A stretch of DNA of 64,000 bases. Origin: Vicugna vicugna (lineage: Eukaryota). The notes beneath the pieces were generated by a model. It worked only from the letters and a program-made list of their open reading frames with translations. It was not told the origin of the DNA and ran no database searches. Position numbers and translations under genes: made by a program. The stretch spans positions 434,001 to 498,000 of the forward strand of contig MU058444.1 of assembly GCA_013265495.1 (NCBI GenBank), read 5' to 3'. Shown here piece after piece: positions 13,440 through 27,340 of this stretch; the first letter of the stretch is position 1, and each line of letters opens with the position of its first letter.

Positions 13440-13820
13440 GGGAGCGGGAGGAGGGAGGGCAAACTTGTACGATGCTTTGTCATCTTTGCAGCTCATCAGT
13501 GTCAGCAGCTGACACAGGCAAGAGTTCGTCAGTTAAGTTCTGTTGGCTGACCGTGACCTTGTCGTTACAACCACTGCTTTCTTGACATCTGCTAGTTTGA
13601 CACGTGGCACCAGACTCCGTGGGCAGCTGGTACCTTGGACTTGAATGTACTGTGAGTTCTCTGGCATCACTAGCCAAATTCCTTGTGATTGTCACCATGT
13701 CACACTTTTGACATTGACAATAGCTGTGTGCTGTCTTTGCATCCCTTGTTTCCTATCACGGTCCATATGTCGTAGGTGATGTGACTGTGTATGGTGGCAG
13801 CAGACGACAGATGCTAAAGT
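13440..13820. promoter_or_regulatory. Candidate enhancer or alternative promoter: TGACA (MEIS/PBX/TGIF) and E-box cluster
   Basis: Nine TGACA/TGTCA in 13478-13719. E-boxes CAGCTG 13506 and 13624, CATCTG 13586, CACGTG 13601. No recognisable repeat. Confidence 0.5.
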
Positions 13821-14102
13821 AGCTGTGGACTGGTGCAGGCTCAACTTTGGAACTGCTGCAGGAAAAGCTGACTTTAACTCTAACTTTATATAACAAGAAA
13901 TAATTTAAGTAAATTGTGGGCTGGAGCGAGTGTCAAGAATTTATAAAGAATTGCTTTTTATTTGAGATGTAACTGAACTTTGAAATGCCTTGAAATGTAC
14001 TGAAATACATTTCAAAGTGCAATTGTAACAATGCACTGGGGTAGCAAAATAGGGAAGCCACGGGTCTCACTTCCCCTCCTTGGTCCTTCCTTGAACTTCT
14101 CT

Positions 14103-14560
<458 letters not shown>

Positions 14561-15789
14561 CTAACCTGACATCCAAACATTCTTAAGCTCTCCAGGTGAC
14601 TCTCAGCATTCCACTTACGAAGTTTCATTGCCATTTTTTTCCCCCACCGATAGCATCCTTTGAAACAGATTTATCCACAGTAGTAGTGGGAGATAACATT
14701 GTTGTTTCTGGTGCTGTAGGTAATTGCATTTGCTGTTGGCTATGTCAGACCTACGAGGATGGAATAATAAATGGGTACTGAATGTTCCTGCTGCTTTCAT
14801 TTGCGAGGCATGCCTCACACTGCCAGGGTCACATTACCTAGATGCAAGGGAAATGAGACGGGGAGAGGAGGATTTATCTAACCCACTCTGAATGCATTCC
14901 AGAGTGATTTGATTGTTTTTCTGTACCTTCTAGCAGGCAGATACACATCCATGCGCAGTAGAGGAACCTTTCTTGTTTTGGTTAATAGCGAAAAGTACTC
15001 TTTGCCTTGCAAATTCAGGCATTTGTTTTTCTTCTAGAATCCCTCAAATTGGGAAGATTCATACATTTTCATTGCCTTTTAAGCTTGCTTCCCTAGGGCA
15101 GCACAGCTGTAACTGTTCCCAATATATCCTGGGTATTATTGCAAAGGCCGTTTTATCTCAGAGTCAAGGGGACAGTCGAACAGAAAGTTTTTATTCCAGA
15201 AATTCAGCCATTGTGAATTTTGGTAAAATGTCATCTTTGCATCATTTATTTTCTGCCTGAAGCTTGTGTATAAGACTGGAAGGTTCTTTGAGATGATGTC
15301 AGAAGTTTCTCTAGACATGTGTTCAGATTCTGTACCAAGCACCTCTTTCTTGGAAGAGCCAAGATTTCAGATCGATTGCACTTAGCCCGTAGATGGCTTT
15401 GCACCAGGAACTGCACCCGTGGGGAGGCTCTTCACCTTTGGTGGATCCTGGGCTCCGGATGGGAGCTCCTTACATGGGTAGCAGAGGGCCACGGCTAGGT
15501 TAACTGAGCGTGCATCTCCACCCTACTCCTTTCTCTCGAGTCCAACCTCACTCTTTCCAACTGGCCACTGTCCCAAGTGGCATCTCTGAGAGGCGTATCT
15601 CTGAGATGCATTGTAGGATGATGGTTAAGGTCACAGTGCCAACGAGTCAGAAAGACCTGGATTTGAGTTCTAGATCTATCATTTGGTTGGTTTGTATGGT
15701 CTTGTGGGAGATTATTTAACCATTTTTTAAAAATTATTAAGTCTTTATTTTTTAATTAATTAATTTATTATTTATTTATTTACTTTTAA

Positions 15790-18240
15790 GTCTATTTTTT
15801 TTAGAGCACTTTAAGGCTCACAACAAGATTGAGGGGAAGAGGCAGAGACTTCTCTTATATCCTCTTTCACGCACCCACAGCCTCTGCAATTATCAGCATC
15901 CCTCACCAGAGTGGCACACGTGTTACAGTACGCAGACACATCATAATCACCCACAGTCCACAGTTTACCTGAGGGTTTACTCTTGGTGCTTGGACAAACG
16001 TATAAGAACACGTATCCATCATTGTTGCATCATACAGAATATTTTCACTGCCCTGGAAAACCTCTCTCCTCTGTCTATTCTTAACCCCACACTCCTGGCA
16101 ACCACTGGTCTTTTTACTGACTCCATAAATTGGCTTTTTCCAGAATGTCGCATAGTTGGCATCATTCAGTACGTAGCCTTTTCTGACTGGCGCCTTTCCC
16201 TGTGGAATATGCATTGAAGCTTCGGCTGTGTCTTTGCGTGGCTTGGTGGTGATTTCTTTTTAGCACCGAGCAAGCGTTCCATTGTCTGGATGTACCACAG
16301 TTTATTCACTTGCTGAGGAGCATCTTGGTGGCTTCCGAGATTGGGCAATTATGAATAAAGCTGCTGTAAACATTAAGGTGCACATTTTTATGCGGGCATA
16401 AGTTTTCAGTTCATTTGGTGAACGCCAAAGCAAATCACTGCTGGATCATATGCTAAGAGTACCTTTAGTCTTGTAAGAAACTCTCAATCTGTCTTTCAAA
16501 GTGGCTGCGCCATTTTGCCTTCCCGTCAGCAGTGAATGAGAGTTCCTGTTGCTCCACATCCTTGCCAGCCTTTGGTCTTGTCACTGTCCTGGATTTTGGC
16601 CACTGTAATAGGTATGTAGAGATATCTTTCACTGTTGTCTTAATTTGTGTTCCCCTGATGACAACAATGTGGAGTTTCTTTTCATACCCTTATTTGCCAT
16701 CTGCAGATCTTCTTTGGTGAAGTGTCGAGGTTTTAGCCCCTGTTTGGGTCAGGTTGTTTTCGTATTGCTGAGTTGTAAGTGTGCTTTGTACATTTCGAAT
16801 GATAGTCCTTTATCAGAAGTGGGGTTTTTTTTTGCAAATATTTTTCACTCGTCTTCTCACTTTCTTGATGCTGTCTTTCGCAGAGCAGAAATTTGTAATT
16901 TTCATTGTCAGGCTTATCAGTTATTTATTTCACGGATCATGCTTTTGGTGGTGTATCTAAAAAGCCATCACATGCTTGAGGTCCTAGAGATATTTCTCTC
17001 ATGTTATGGTCCAGGAGGTTTATAGTTTTGAATTTTACGTTTAGGTCTGTGATCCATTTTGAGGTTTTTTTTTTTTTTTTTTGTGAAGGGTGTAAGGTCT
17101 GTGTCTAGATTCTTTTTCTTTGCATATGAGTGTCCAGTTGTTCCAGTACCAAACACTGTCTTTCCTCTGTTGTATTGCCTTTGTTCCTCTGTGAGATCAG
17201 TTGGCTGTATTTATGTGGGTCTGTTTCTAGACTGTCTATTCTGTTCCAATGGGCTATTTGTCTAATCTTCTACCAACACTGAATGTATTGAGTACCGTAG
17301 CTTTATAGGAAGTCTTGAAGTCAGGTAGTGTCAGTCCTCCAACTTTGTTCTTCTTCAACATTGTGTTGGCTCTTCTGGGCCATTTGCTTCACCAGATGGT
17401 TGCATTGGCTAGAACTTCAAGTACAATGTTGAAAAATTCTGGTGCAAGGGAACATCCTTACCTTGTACCTTGTACTGAGTGGGGAAACTGAGTTTTTCAT
17501 CATTAAGTATAATGTTAGCTGTAGGTTTTTTTGTAAATATCCTTTATCAAGTTGAAGAAACTTGCATTTCTAGTTTACTGAGTGTTTTTATCATGAATGC
17601 ATGTTGGATTTTCTCAGCTGCTTTTTCTGTTTCTATTGATACAGTCATGTGATTTTTCTTTTTTAGTTTAATAATGTGATGGATTACATTCATTGATTTT
17701 TTTTGGGGGGGGGGATGTTGTACAGCCTTGCAGATCTGAGGTAAATCTCCCTTGGTCCTAGCATGTAATTCTTTTTATACCTTGTTAGATTCAACTTGCT
17801 GATGTTTTGTTGGGGGTTTTTATGTCTACATTCATGAGAAATATTGGTCTGTAGTTTTCTTTTCTTGTAATGTCTTTGTCTGGTTTTGGTATTAACATAC
17901 TGATAAATTAAGAAGTATTCCCTTTGTTTCTATCCCCTGAAAGACACTGTAGAGAATTGGTATACATTTTTCTTAAATGTTTGGTAGAATTCATCAACTG
18001 AGCCTGGTGCTTTCTATTTTGAAAGGTTATTAATTATTGATTCAGTTTTAAAAATTCTATTTCATAGAGATAAGTCTTTTCAGATTGTCTATTTCTACTT
18101 AGGTAAGTTTTGGCAAATTATATCTTTCTAGAAATTAGTGAAATGAAATCCATTTCATCTAGACAATCAAAACTGTGGTCATACAGTCACTTGCTGTATT
18201 CCTTTATTGTTCTTTTAGTGTCCATAGTGTCTGTAGTGAT
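15790..18240 (-). mobile_element. Old L1M (L1MD/MC-like) 3' region
   Basis: Typical antisense L1 text: ttttagagcactttaagg, ccattgtctggatgtaccacagtttatt, gaagtcttgaagtcaggtagtgtcagtcctccaactttgttc, tggtagaattca. Confidence 0.85.
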
Positions 18241-18919
18241 GTCACTCTCTAACCATCTCCCGGATCAAGAAATAGAACCTCCCCAGTATCCTAGAGGCCC
18301 CTTATCGTCCCTTCCTTTGACAAGATCACTGTATACACTGCTAGCTGCCTAGCAGTGTTTGTCCTCCAAGAAGCATTTATTCATCATTTTGTTATTCAGG
18401 TCCAAAACTTTGGAATGACCGTTGACTACCCCCTGGGTCTCAGACGCCGCATCCAGTCCATTAGCCTGGTCATGGATCTACTCTCAAAATATACTGAGTC
18501 TCCCCAAGTCTCGCTTCCTCCACTGCTAATGCCCTGGTCCCAGACTCAGGCTTTTGTCTGGACTTGTGCAAAACTGGCGCCTCCAGTCTGCTCTCTGTGC
18601 TTCTCCCTTGTACCCTGGTCGACTATTGTCTTCTGTTTTGAAGTGTAAACTTTTATTCTCTTGCAAAGTTTTAGACTCTCCCACCCTTGTTCTTTCCCAG
18701 GACATCTTGTCATAACAAATCAGTTTAAATAAGCCAATATGATTAGCGTCTATTGCCCAGTAACTTGTCTGTACATTCAAAGTAAGAAAATAGTGACAGT
18801 TCAATTGTATTTTTGCTTCAGGCTAACAAAGGATTCATTAGCGCCCATTGATAATTGATATTTCTGATTTGTTAGAACTAAGAGATGCATGTTAAAACTA
18901 AAATGTTTTAATATGTATA

Positions 18920-20050
18920 TTCTTTTCAAACTTTTTACTTTTTTATTTTAAAAATGTCAAAGCTACAGAAAAATTTCAAGAAAAGTACCATGAACACCAA
19001 ATATCCTTCACCTAGATTCATCAATTATTTCACATTTTGTCATATTTGCTTTATATCTTTATCTATCTATGCATCTCTCTATCCATCCTTTTATCTACCT
19101 TTCCTTCCTTCTTCCTTTTTTTCTTTCTTCCTTCCTTTTCCCTTTCTTTTTTTCTTCCTTTTTCCTTTCTCCTTCTTCCTTCCTTCCTTCCTTCCTTCCT
19201 TCCTTCCTTCCTTCCTTCCTTCCCATCCATTTATCTATCTATCTGTCTGTCTATCTATCTATCTATGCATCTATTATCTATCTATCTATGCATTTATCTG
19301 TCTGTCTGTCTATCCACCCACCCATCCTGTATATCTATCTATCTTCATCATCATCATCATCTTCTTGCTAATTTATGTTGAACTAACTGAGAGTACAATG
19401 CGGACATGACCATATTTCATCCCTAAATACATCAGCATGGGTCTTCTAAGTATAAGAAAATTTTCTTACATAAACCCACTACAGTTATCACATTTAGGGA
19501 ATTTAGCATAGCTATAATACTGGTTTTGAATATATATTTTATTTCAACTTCCACAACTAGTATCTGTATCCCAAACTCATTCTTGCCCAGATTAGTGCAA
19601 AATTAGTGCACTGTCCTTTATCACATTGTTCTTTACAGCATTGTTTCTTGTCAATCCAGAACGCAACCTACCATCGTGTGTTATATTCAGATTTATGTAT
19701 TTTTGGTTTCCTTTATATAGGAAATTTTCTCAGCTTTTCTTTGTCTTTTCCAATGTTGACATTTTGAAGAGTGGAGAATATTTATTTTGTCGTCCTTTAA
19801 TTTGGGTGTTTTTTTTTTTTTTTTTTGTTTTTTTTTTTTTTTTTTTTGGCTTGTTTCCTCATGTTCAGATTCAGATTATTATTTTTGTCTGGAATGAAAT
19901 ATAAGTGATGCATTCTTCCTATCATGTCACATCAGAAGGCACATGATTTCAGGTTATTTATTGTTCATGTTGACATTGATCTCTTCAATGTGGTGTTTAC
20001 CATGTTCATCTGTTGCAAAGGTATCGTGGTTCCTGTTGCAATTTATAAGT
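18920..20050 (-). mobile_element. Old L1MC-like 3' fragment containing a compound microsatellite
   Basis: ccttcacctagattcatcaatt, catccctaaatacatcagcatg and ttgacattttgaagagt motifs. Confidence 0.6.
19040..19365. repeat. Compound (TCTA)n/(TTCC)n/(CAT)n microsatellite
   Basis: Directly visible. Confidence 0.92.
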
Positions 20051-20989
20051 GTTCTATGAGGAGACACTTAGGGACTGTATGTATCTATTTTCAGGGTATG
20101 AATACTATTGGCAATTACCTCAAATTTTGGGCAGCTTGGCATTTTACATTACCTGATTAAGCTTGCATCCCAAGGCCACAGGATAACTTTACTTCCAGGA
20201 TTCAAAACTTTATTTTCTCTTAATGAAGCACAGAATATGACTGAAAACACATTTCGGTTCTGAGCCGTGATAGGTGAGCTGAAGGCCTGGATTTCAGGAC
20301 CATTCTATTTCTGATGGACAGAGGACTCAAGCAACAGAGCTCTGAATCTGAGACTGTCCCTCCCACAGAATATTCATTCCTGACTATTTGAGTCTTTCAA
20401 GAACCAGAACCAGAATCTCCTTGACACAGCATCGCCGAAAGCAAAACACTGTGTCCCTTTACACCAGATATATCTGAAGAATTTGCTAAACCCTGAATGA
20501 AACCCAAATACTGAATTTATTTTTTAACTAAGATCTATATTGAACAAACATGTTTTTAAAGTATTTAGCTTGAACTGCTTCCAACTTTGAATATTTCGGG
20601 ACTGTAACAAACCAGGTCATCAATAACGTATCCTCTGAGTGAAATTGGACTTGGTCCAGTGCCTTGGTCCTTAAGTCCCTGGATTGAACCTCCTTGTGGC
20701 AGGCGCTCCTCCTGGAGCCCACACCACCGATTTCCATTAATCCTTCCTGATAGGGCCTCTCTGCCTTTCAAAAAAAACTCATCTCTACTTTGGAAGCATC
20801 ATTCTTAGATGAAAGTGAATGATCTATCGGCCTTTGTTTTCTGTGTCTTGATTTCTTTTCTTGAGCTGTTGCAGATTAAAAGTGGGAAGAAACGTCAGCA
20901 GCAGATCTCAGAGACAATCTGATCCTTGAGGGACTTAAGTTTTCTTCTCAACTCTTCATTAGTGGTAATCCCCCTCCCATGTCTCCTTT

Positions 20990-21474
20990 TGTATCCTAGC
21001 AGGACCCCGTGGGGCCTTCCAGGGTCAGACCCCCCCGCCGTCCCTGTATCCTCCGCTGTGGCTCCTCTCCGAAGGACCCAGAGAATAGTATCCATGTATA
21101 TTTCCTGAGTTTTTCAGATGCTGAAAACCACCACTAAAGGGCAGAAATTAACTATTTGATGATTAAGACCACGTGGCCCCCAGACCCTCCGGTGCCCAGG
21201 GGTTGATAGTGTTGACGCCCTGTTACATCCATGTCGCCCACTCAGAGGGCTGTGCACGAGCTGATCACGCACCCTGCGACCCCCGCCCTCACCTGGCCTT
21301 TGAATGTGCTTTGCTGAAACCCTTTGGGGAGTTCGGGGTTTTCTTGGGCGTGAGCCACCCTGCCCTCCTTGCTCAGCCCTGCAATAAACCTTCCTTTTCT
21401 CTGCTCCAAATTCCGACATTTCGGTTTCTTTGGCCTCACAGTGGGTCAGCGGCATGAACTTGCCTTTGCTGACG
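20990..21474 (+). mobile_element. Solo LTR, ERV1-like
   Basis: Starts TG, ends GACG (degenerate CA), 4-bp TSD CTTT (20986-20989, 21475-21478), AATAAA at 21383-21388, CpG-rich. Confidence 0.8.
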
Positions 21475-23622
21475 CTTTGGCAGAAAAGGCTCTGATGGAT
21501 GTAGAAAGTGCACCAATTGTCTCCCAAGGATGTCTTATGATACAGAAGTTGTGCACGATAATGAAGATGCCTAGTCTCTGTTAGGATCTGTCAGACTCAC
21601 AGAGGACTCCAACCCTCCCAAGACGATCCTCCCACTCTGTGATCAGTGGGTAAGCTCGACAGCGTCACTCTAAGGTTTTCACTTTTGTTTGTTTTAATTT
21701 TCACCTTCTGTCCAGAGCCATTGGAGTTTTATTAAGTTTTTTGTTTTTTAGAGACACTTACTAAATATGAAAAATGAAAGCCCAGAGGATCTATATTTCT
21801 TTTATGTCTGGTATCTGACCCGGAAGAGGCCTCTAAACCATTTTTCAGGGAAGTGTGAACTAACTAGTCTCTTCTTTCTCTATTGAATATCAATGTCTCC
21901 AGTATAGGCATTCTTCTTTGATGTTGTTTGAGAGAAATCTTTCATCAACTGAATATAAGATGGAATGGGAGAGTGGGAACGATTTTATTCATAGAATCTG
22001 TTCAGGAGACTGTATGGGTTAGCCTTGTCTAATAGGAGTAAGGATGTGTTTTCAAGATCTTTTGGAAGAAAAATCAGTGAGTCCCACATAAATGCTAATT
22101 TTTATTTCGCTGATGAAACTGAAGCATCCCCCAATGGCAGTGGGAACAAGCAACGACTTGATCCTTAATTGTCTGGGACCAACCCCAGGAGCGCAGGCTC
22201 TGCTCCAAGGATCAACTTTTCTGATCCTTCTAAACTCCAGGCCTCCAGTTACAGACTTCCTTTAATTATACGCACACCTGTTGGTGGAGAACTCGTAAAC
22301 ATTCAGCACATTCAAAAATTATTATTTACTCCCTCACTTCTTTGTACTAATGAGTTTTACATCTACTTTTAATCCTTCAGTTTTTGGAATCTTTCTCTAT
22401 TCTGCAAAACTGGCACTAAACTGGGCTTGCGTTTCTGAATATGAATCCACGAAGGTAGTTTTCAGAAGGGAAACTGCAGCTAAGCGAAGCACTGATAATT
22501 TGTCAACCAGGATACTTTATACAACATGACTTGACTAGCCTCTGGAATTAAATACCCGAGAGAGAGAGAGGATTAAAAATAGAATGGGTTTCAATTTCAG
22601 AAAGTGAAGTCTTGAAATGTCTTTCCTGTCCTTTTCATTCAATTTCTCGCACATCCTGGCACCCACCAATTCTGCAAATGAGGCAGTTTCCTCTGGGGGC
22701 TTCCAGTGTTAAGCAGAAGCAAAAGGGCTGAATTCTTGCTGAATTTTTTCTGCAGACTGGTGGGTTGCCATTTCAATGCAGATCGTAACATGCTGGCCCA
22801 GGACTAGCATCTATGGTACCCTTCAAAGGGAGACCAGAACTGGAAAGCTTTGCCCTTTTTGTGTATCTTGGTACATGTTTGATTCATTTCAAAGTGGTCT
22901 CTCTGGAGTGTTTGACTTGGTCTTGTTTTATTTGTATGCAGGCGAGAGGTACCACAAAAATCAGGCAGATTTTTCGCACCTTATTTCTTTATTGATCGTA
23001 TTTTACCAAAGTATATTTCAATACAGGTTTAATAGCATTATATCTAGAATGTAGCAGAAGTAGCATTATTATTAATTCATATATTAATAGTGTTAGGATA
23101 ATGATATAATATAGATTATAATAGAATTCATAATATAATAGAGCAGAACTTATAAAAATAATAGAATGGTTCTAAGGAATTCCTCAGCGATTGCCAGACT
23201 TTGAGGTGTGGAGAGGATTTGTAAGAATTACAGTTCTGTTGACTTTCCATCACTCTAGTATATGGTTTGAGTGGTTTTATTGTGGTAATAAAGAGTTATT
23301 TGAATCTTAAGGCTGCAGAGAGCTCTCAGATCCCGTGTGTGTGTGTGTAGATCTGAAATAGAGTCTCTGAAATAGTGCTTATTGGGGCATTTTCTATTAC
23401 AGTTGATTATTTTCCATTCTATTCTTCTCTTTTCTAATTCATTAAAAATTGCTGAACACGCTTCACTCAGAGTCATAACTGGTGGTTTGAAAAGCACTGA
23501 TCTAGCCCAGCAGCTGTGTGTTATGGGTGAGGAATCTGGGGTTCTCAAACATGAAGTGACTTGCCCGAGGTCAAACAGATCATCAGCAGCTAAAGTGAGC
23601 ACTCTGTGAAAAACACATATGG

Positions 23623-23788
23623 GGCGAGGGTATAGCTTAGTGGTAGAGCGTGTGTTTAGCATGCTTAGCATGCACGAGGTCTTGGGTTCAATCCCCAGTA
23701 CCTCCATCAAAAAATAAATAAGTAAATAAGTAAAGCTAATTACCTCCCCCCTAAACAAAACAAAAACAAACACAAAATAAATACATTA
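23623..23788 (+). mobile_element. tRNA-derived SINE (Vic-1 type)
   Basis: A box TAGCTTAGTGG, B box GGTTCAATCC, A-rich tail, 15-bp TSD gaaaaacacatatgg (23608-23622, 23789-23803). Internal duplication ttagcatgc. Confidence 0.92.
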
Positions 23789-24514
23789 GAAAAACACATA
23801 TGGAATTTCAGATTCAAGTCATTTAGCCTTTGGCACTTACAAAATGATTTACGGCTAATCCAGAAAGTACTGTTCAAAATGGAAACCAGGAGGCCAGCCT
23901 GACCCACTGCCGTGGCGAGTACACGCCTTGACTCGTCCGTGTGGCTGTCCTGGGACACCCCGGCCCAGGAAACTCGACTCGTGGTGCTGGGTTTTGGCTA
24001 CCTTCATACCTTTGGCATGGGTGTGGAAGCAACAAGAAATTCCTGAGTTTGGCTGGCTCTTTACAACTCTGAGCCTTGGAGAACACACGTGGACCACGCA
24101 GCAGGAGGAGGTGGGGGGGCAGGGGACTGTCTGCTCTGCCCGGGGCCACCATCACAGTGCGTGACCTCAAGCAAACCAGTCAGCCTTTCTGTACCTTAGC
24201 TCTTCTCATCTGCCACACGGGCGTGATGATAATATAGGTGCTACCCTTCCTCCCAGGCTTTCTGCGACAATCCAGTGCGAGAAAAGAACGAAAGCTTTTT
24301 GAAAGGCCAGAATGAAGTGTACATACAGAGTACTGAAAAAAAATCTTCCTCCTTGTCAAAAAGCAGATATATATATTTTACTTTTAAAGAATAAAAAGGC
24401 ATGGAAGTGATTATTGATGGCTGTTTTTGTATTTCATCTGAAGAGAAAAACAGGAATAAAATCAAAGGTTGGATTTTCTGGTTGTATTTTTTCAAGCATG
24501 TTAAAACAGATGGA

Positions 24515-24632
24515 GGCGGGGTGGGTGTAGCTCAGCGGTAGAGCGCAAGCTTAGTGTGTCCTGGGTTCAGTCCCCGGGACCTGCATCAAAACAAAACAAA
24601 AAGAAAAACAAAATAGAAACAAAAAAATAAAT
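24515..24632 (+). mobile_element. tRNA-derived SINE (Vic-1 type, short)
   Basis: TAGCTCAGCGG...GGTTCAGTCC, A-rich tail, imperfect TSD aaaacagatgga/aaaacaaacgga. Confidence 0.85.
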
Positions 24633-24924
24633 AAAACAAACGGACCTATTAAAATGTTTATACATGTGTCTCCTAAAATTATCTTAAACAGCAGCCAGGC
24701 ATATGGGTATCACATTCTGTGATGTGATGGAGAGAAGACGGTTGCTTTGGTGACCGCTCGCTAGACCTAGGCTGTCACCCTGCCCTCCATCTGCAACCGT
24801 GGGTGACCACGGACAAATTAACTCGACCTCAGACACGCCTGGTTTCCCCACTGGAGGAATGAAGATGCTCTTGCCAAGCCCACAGCCTTGTGAGAATACT
24901 TAGGACGTGATGCGAGCCGGTGAA

Positions 24925-25144
24925 CCAGTGCCAGCAGGCCACACCTGGCCCACCGATTCAACTTCATCAGATTTTGTGGATAAAGTCGAATGGGGACACT
25001 AGCGTGCCCATTATTTGCACGTTTTCTGGGACCGCGTTTACTCCACGACGGCAGAGCTGAGCAGTTGTGCCAGAGATGGTGTGATCCAAAAAGCCCAAAA
25101 TATCTACTCTCTGGCCCTTTCCCGAAAAAGTTTGCCAACTCCTG
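24925..25144. mobile_element. MER58A-type hAT element
   Basis: ggcagagctgagcagttgtgccagaga...aaagcccaaaatatctactctctggccctttcccgaaaaagtttgccaactcctg. Confidence 0.8.
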
Positions 25145-25800
25145 AGAATTTTATTTGATCATAAAACATTTAGCATTTCTGGCGCAAGGGGACATTCCAA
25201 AGCAGAGCATGATCTACCCTCATGATCGAGTAGTACTAGAGGCAATGATGAATTACGACAATGTTGCTGGTAATACTAGTGGCAGATGACGGTGCTGGTG
25301 GCAGTAATGATGCTGGTGATGATAAATCTTTTTTTTGGCTGCCAGTTTCAAATCCTTTTACCCTATTTTAGAAACCACTCCTCATATTGCCAGATACCTA
25401 ACGCTTAAAGTTTTTTCCTATCCCCTGGTATCAGAATTAATTTTCAGGAAAGGATCTGAAACTTGCTACAAGGTAACAAGAATGAAGTGCTAGGCGTTTT
25501 TGGCTTAATCAGCTGGTGTGGGGAGGTATTTTGAGGGAAAGACCAGATCTCCTCCTTGTCCATTTCTGCCCAAAGTGGCCACTAATGTCTTCATACTTAT
25601 TTTTTCATTCCGGACAGCTCCTTTGAAAATATTTGCAGAGTGTTCAGAGTGTTCATGATTTATTTCCCCCTAAGATCATGCTGTAAGCGTGTACCAGAGA
25701 CCTTCACCTTGGGTAAGTCCTGGTCATTTCTCCAAATCCCATGGGTTTCCTGGGAAAAAAATGGGTTTGCTTTTCTGGACCTTTTTCTTTCTTTCTTTTT

Positions 25801-26165
25801 TTTTTAACTTTTTTTATTGATTTATAATTTTACAATGTGTCAAATTCCAGTGTTCAGCACAAGTTTTTACTCATACATGGACGTACACACACTCATTATC
25901 ACATTTTTTTCTCTGTGAGCTACCATAAGATCTTGTGTATATTTCCCTGTGCTTTACAGTATAATCTTATTTATCTATTCTACAATTTTGAGATCCCAGT
26001 CTATCCCTTCCCACCCTCTGCCCTCCTGGCAACCACAAGTCTGTATTCTATGTCTATGAGTCTATTTCTGTCCTGTATTTACGCTTTTTTGTTTGTTTGT
26101 TTGTTTCTTTGTTTTTGTTTTTGTTTTTTAGATTCCACATATGAGCGATCTCATGTGGTATTTTT
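25801..26165 (-). mobile_element. Young L1 3' end
   Basis: Highly similar to 35477-35929. TSD of about 20 bp, ctttttctttctttcttttt (25781-25800, 26166-26185). Confidence 0.88.
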
Positions 26166-26519
26166 CTTTTTCTTTCTTTCTTTTTTGATTTACAAAGCTA
26201 AGAAAAGGGGGAGAAAGAATTTCTTGTTTTTATTTGTAATTTCTAGGCTACAGTAAGAAGATTTCCTATGAAGTGGGTAATTTTCCTAACCTAAAAAATG
26301 TAACCCATTCTTACCATCAAATGTGTCTCAAATTCGACTCACCCAGAAACTCCCAGCTATAAACCTCCAAATAGGATCCGTTTTCTCCCTTTAAAAGCAG
26401 TTTCCGTGGCAACTAAACCACCCTTGTATGATCAGGGCACCTTGGCACTTTGCGAGTTTGACTTTCCAGCAAGGCCTCCTGGCTCAGGAAGAATAAAAAA
26501 AAAGAAAAAGAAGTCCAAA

Positions 26520-27340
26520 CAGCAACGTGTCAGAGACACTCCAGCGGCGAATTACACGTGGGAGCTCTGTCTGCTGGGGCGACTTTCCTGTAGACTGTGT
26601 GTCAGAGCGCATCACCGCCCTCCTCCCGCCTCCGCGCCAACCAGCGAAGACGGCGGTCTCTCCAAGCAGCTATCTTTGTAGCGGAGAACAGATGGGAGCG
26701 ATGCTCACGGGGATAAATTACCATCAAGTTATATTCTGGGAAGCGCCGGGTGGAGGGAGAGGTGGGAAGATCTGCAGCCGGCAGCCGCACGCAGCGAGCT
26801 CACCTACGATTGTTCAGCCTTGCTTCGCTCTAGGCTGGAACAGAAGCACCCCTCATGCCTCGACGCATCATCGGAACCCAGACTTCTGCTCCCCCTGCTC
26901 AGAAACGCCAGGGCCCAGTGAGAGGGTGGCGGTCGTAGCCGGTCCCCAGACTGGCTTCTCATTATTGTTCTCTAGCCCGGGTGCCTTTCCCCGCTGCTGC
27001 GGCCCTTTTAACCAGCGCCCAGAGTCAGATCTGGTTCGGTGCTGGGTTTCCTCCCCCTCCACTGCCCCCGCCCGCCCCCGCTGTAACTGGGGTACAGTTG
27101 GGGGTGGATGGAGTGTTTAGGGTAGGAAAAAAGAGCACAGTAAATAAACAAGCAAGTTCCCTGCTTTCCTGCGTCATGTCCCACCCAGAGGAGCCGGGAC
27201 CGCTAGAAACTGACGCGACTCTGCAGGGACTCCCGGATGAGCTGAGAGCGAAAGGGGGCTGGGTTTGCTTTCATGATCTCCGGATGAATGGCGAGCTTTC
27301 TTCCTTGGAAGGTTCCCCCTCCGCAGCACCGTCTTTCTCC
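26520..27340. promoter_or_regulatory. CpG-rich, GC-rich island-like segment
   Basis: Visibly dense CpG, GC-box run cccccgcccgcccccg at about 27065-27080, CACGTG at about 26555, forkhead-like GTAAATAAACAA at about 27141. Confidence 0.45.

Noticed and set aside
18954..19409. Three overlapping ORFs of 100-151 aa
   Set aside because: They are translations of a compound microsatellite inside an old L1.
23623..23705. tRNA-like sequences with A and B boxes (nine copies in the window)
   Set aside because: They have A-rich tails, TSDs and divergence typical of SINEs, so they are not tRNA genes.
26527..27120. 197-aa ORF in the GC-rich segment
   Set aside because: Non-ATG start and no recognisable homology. 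Long ORFs are expected in GC-rich DNA.
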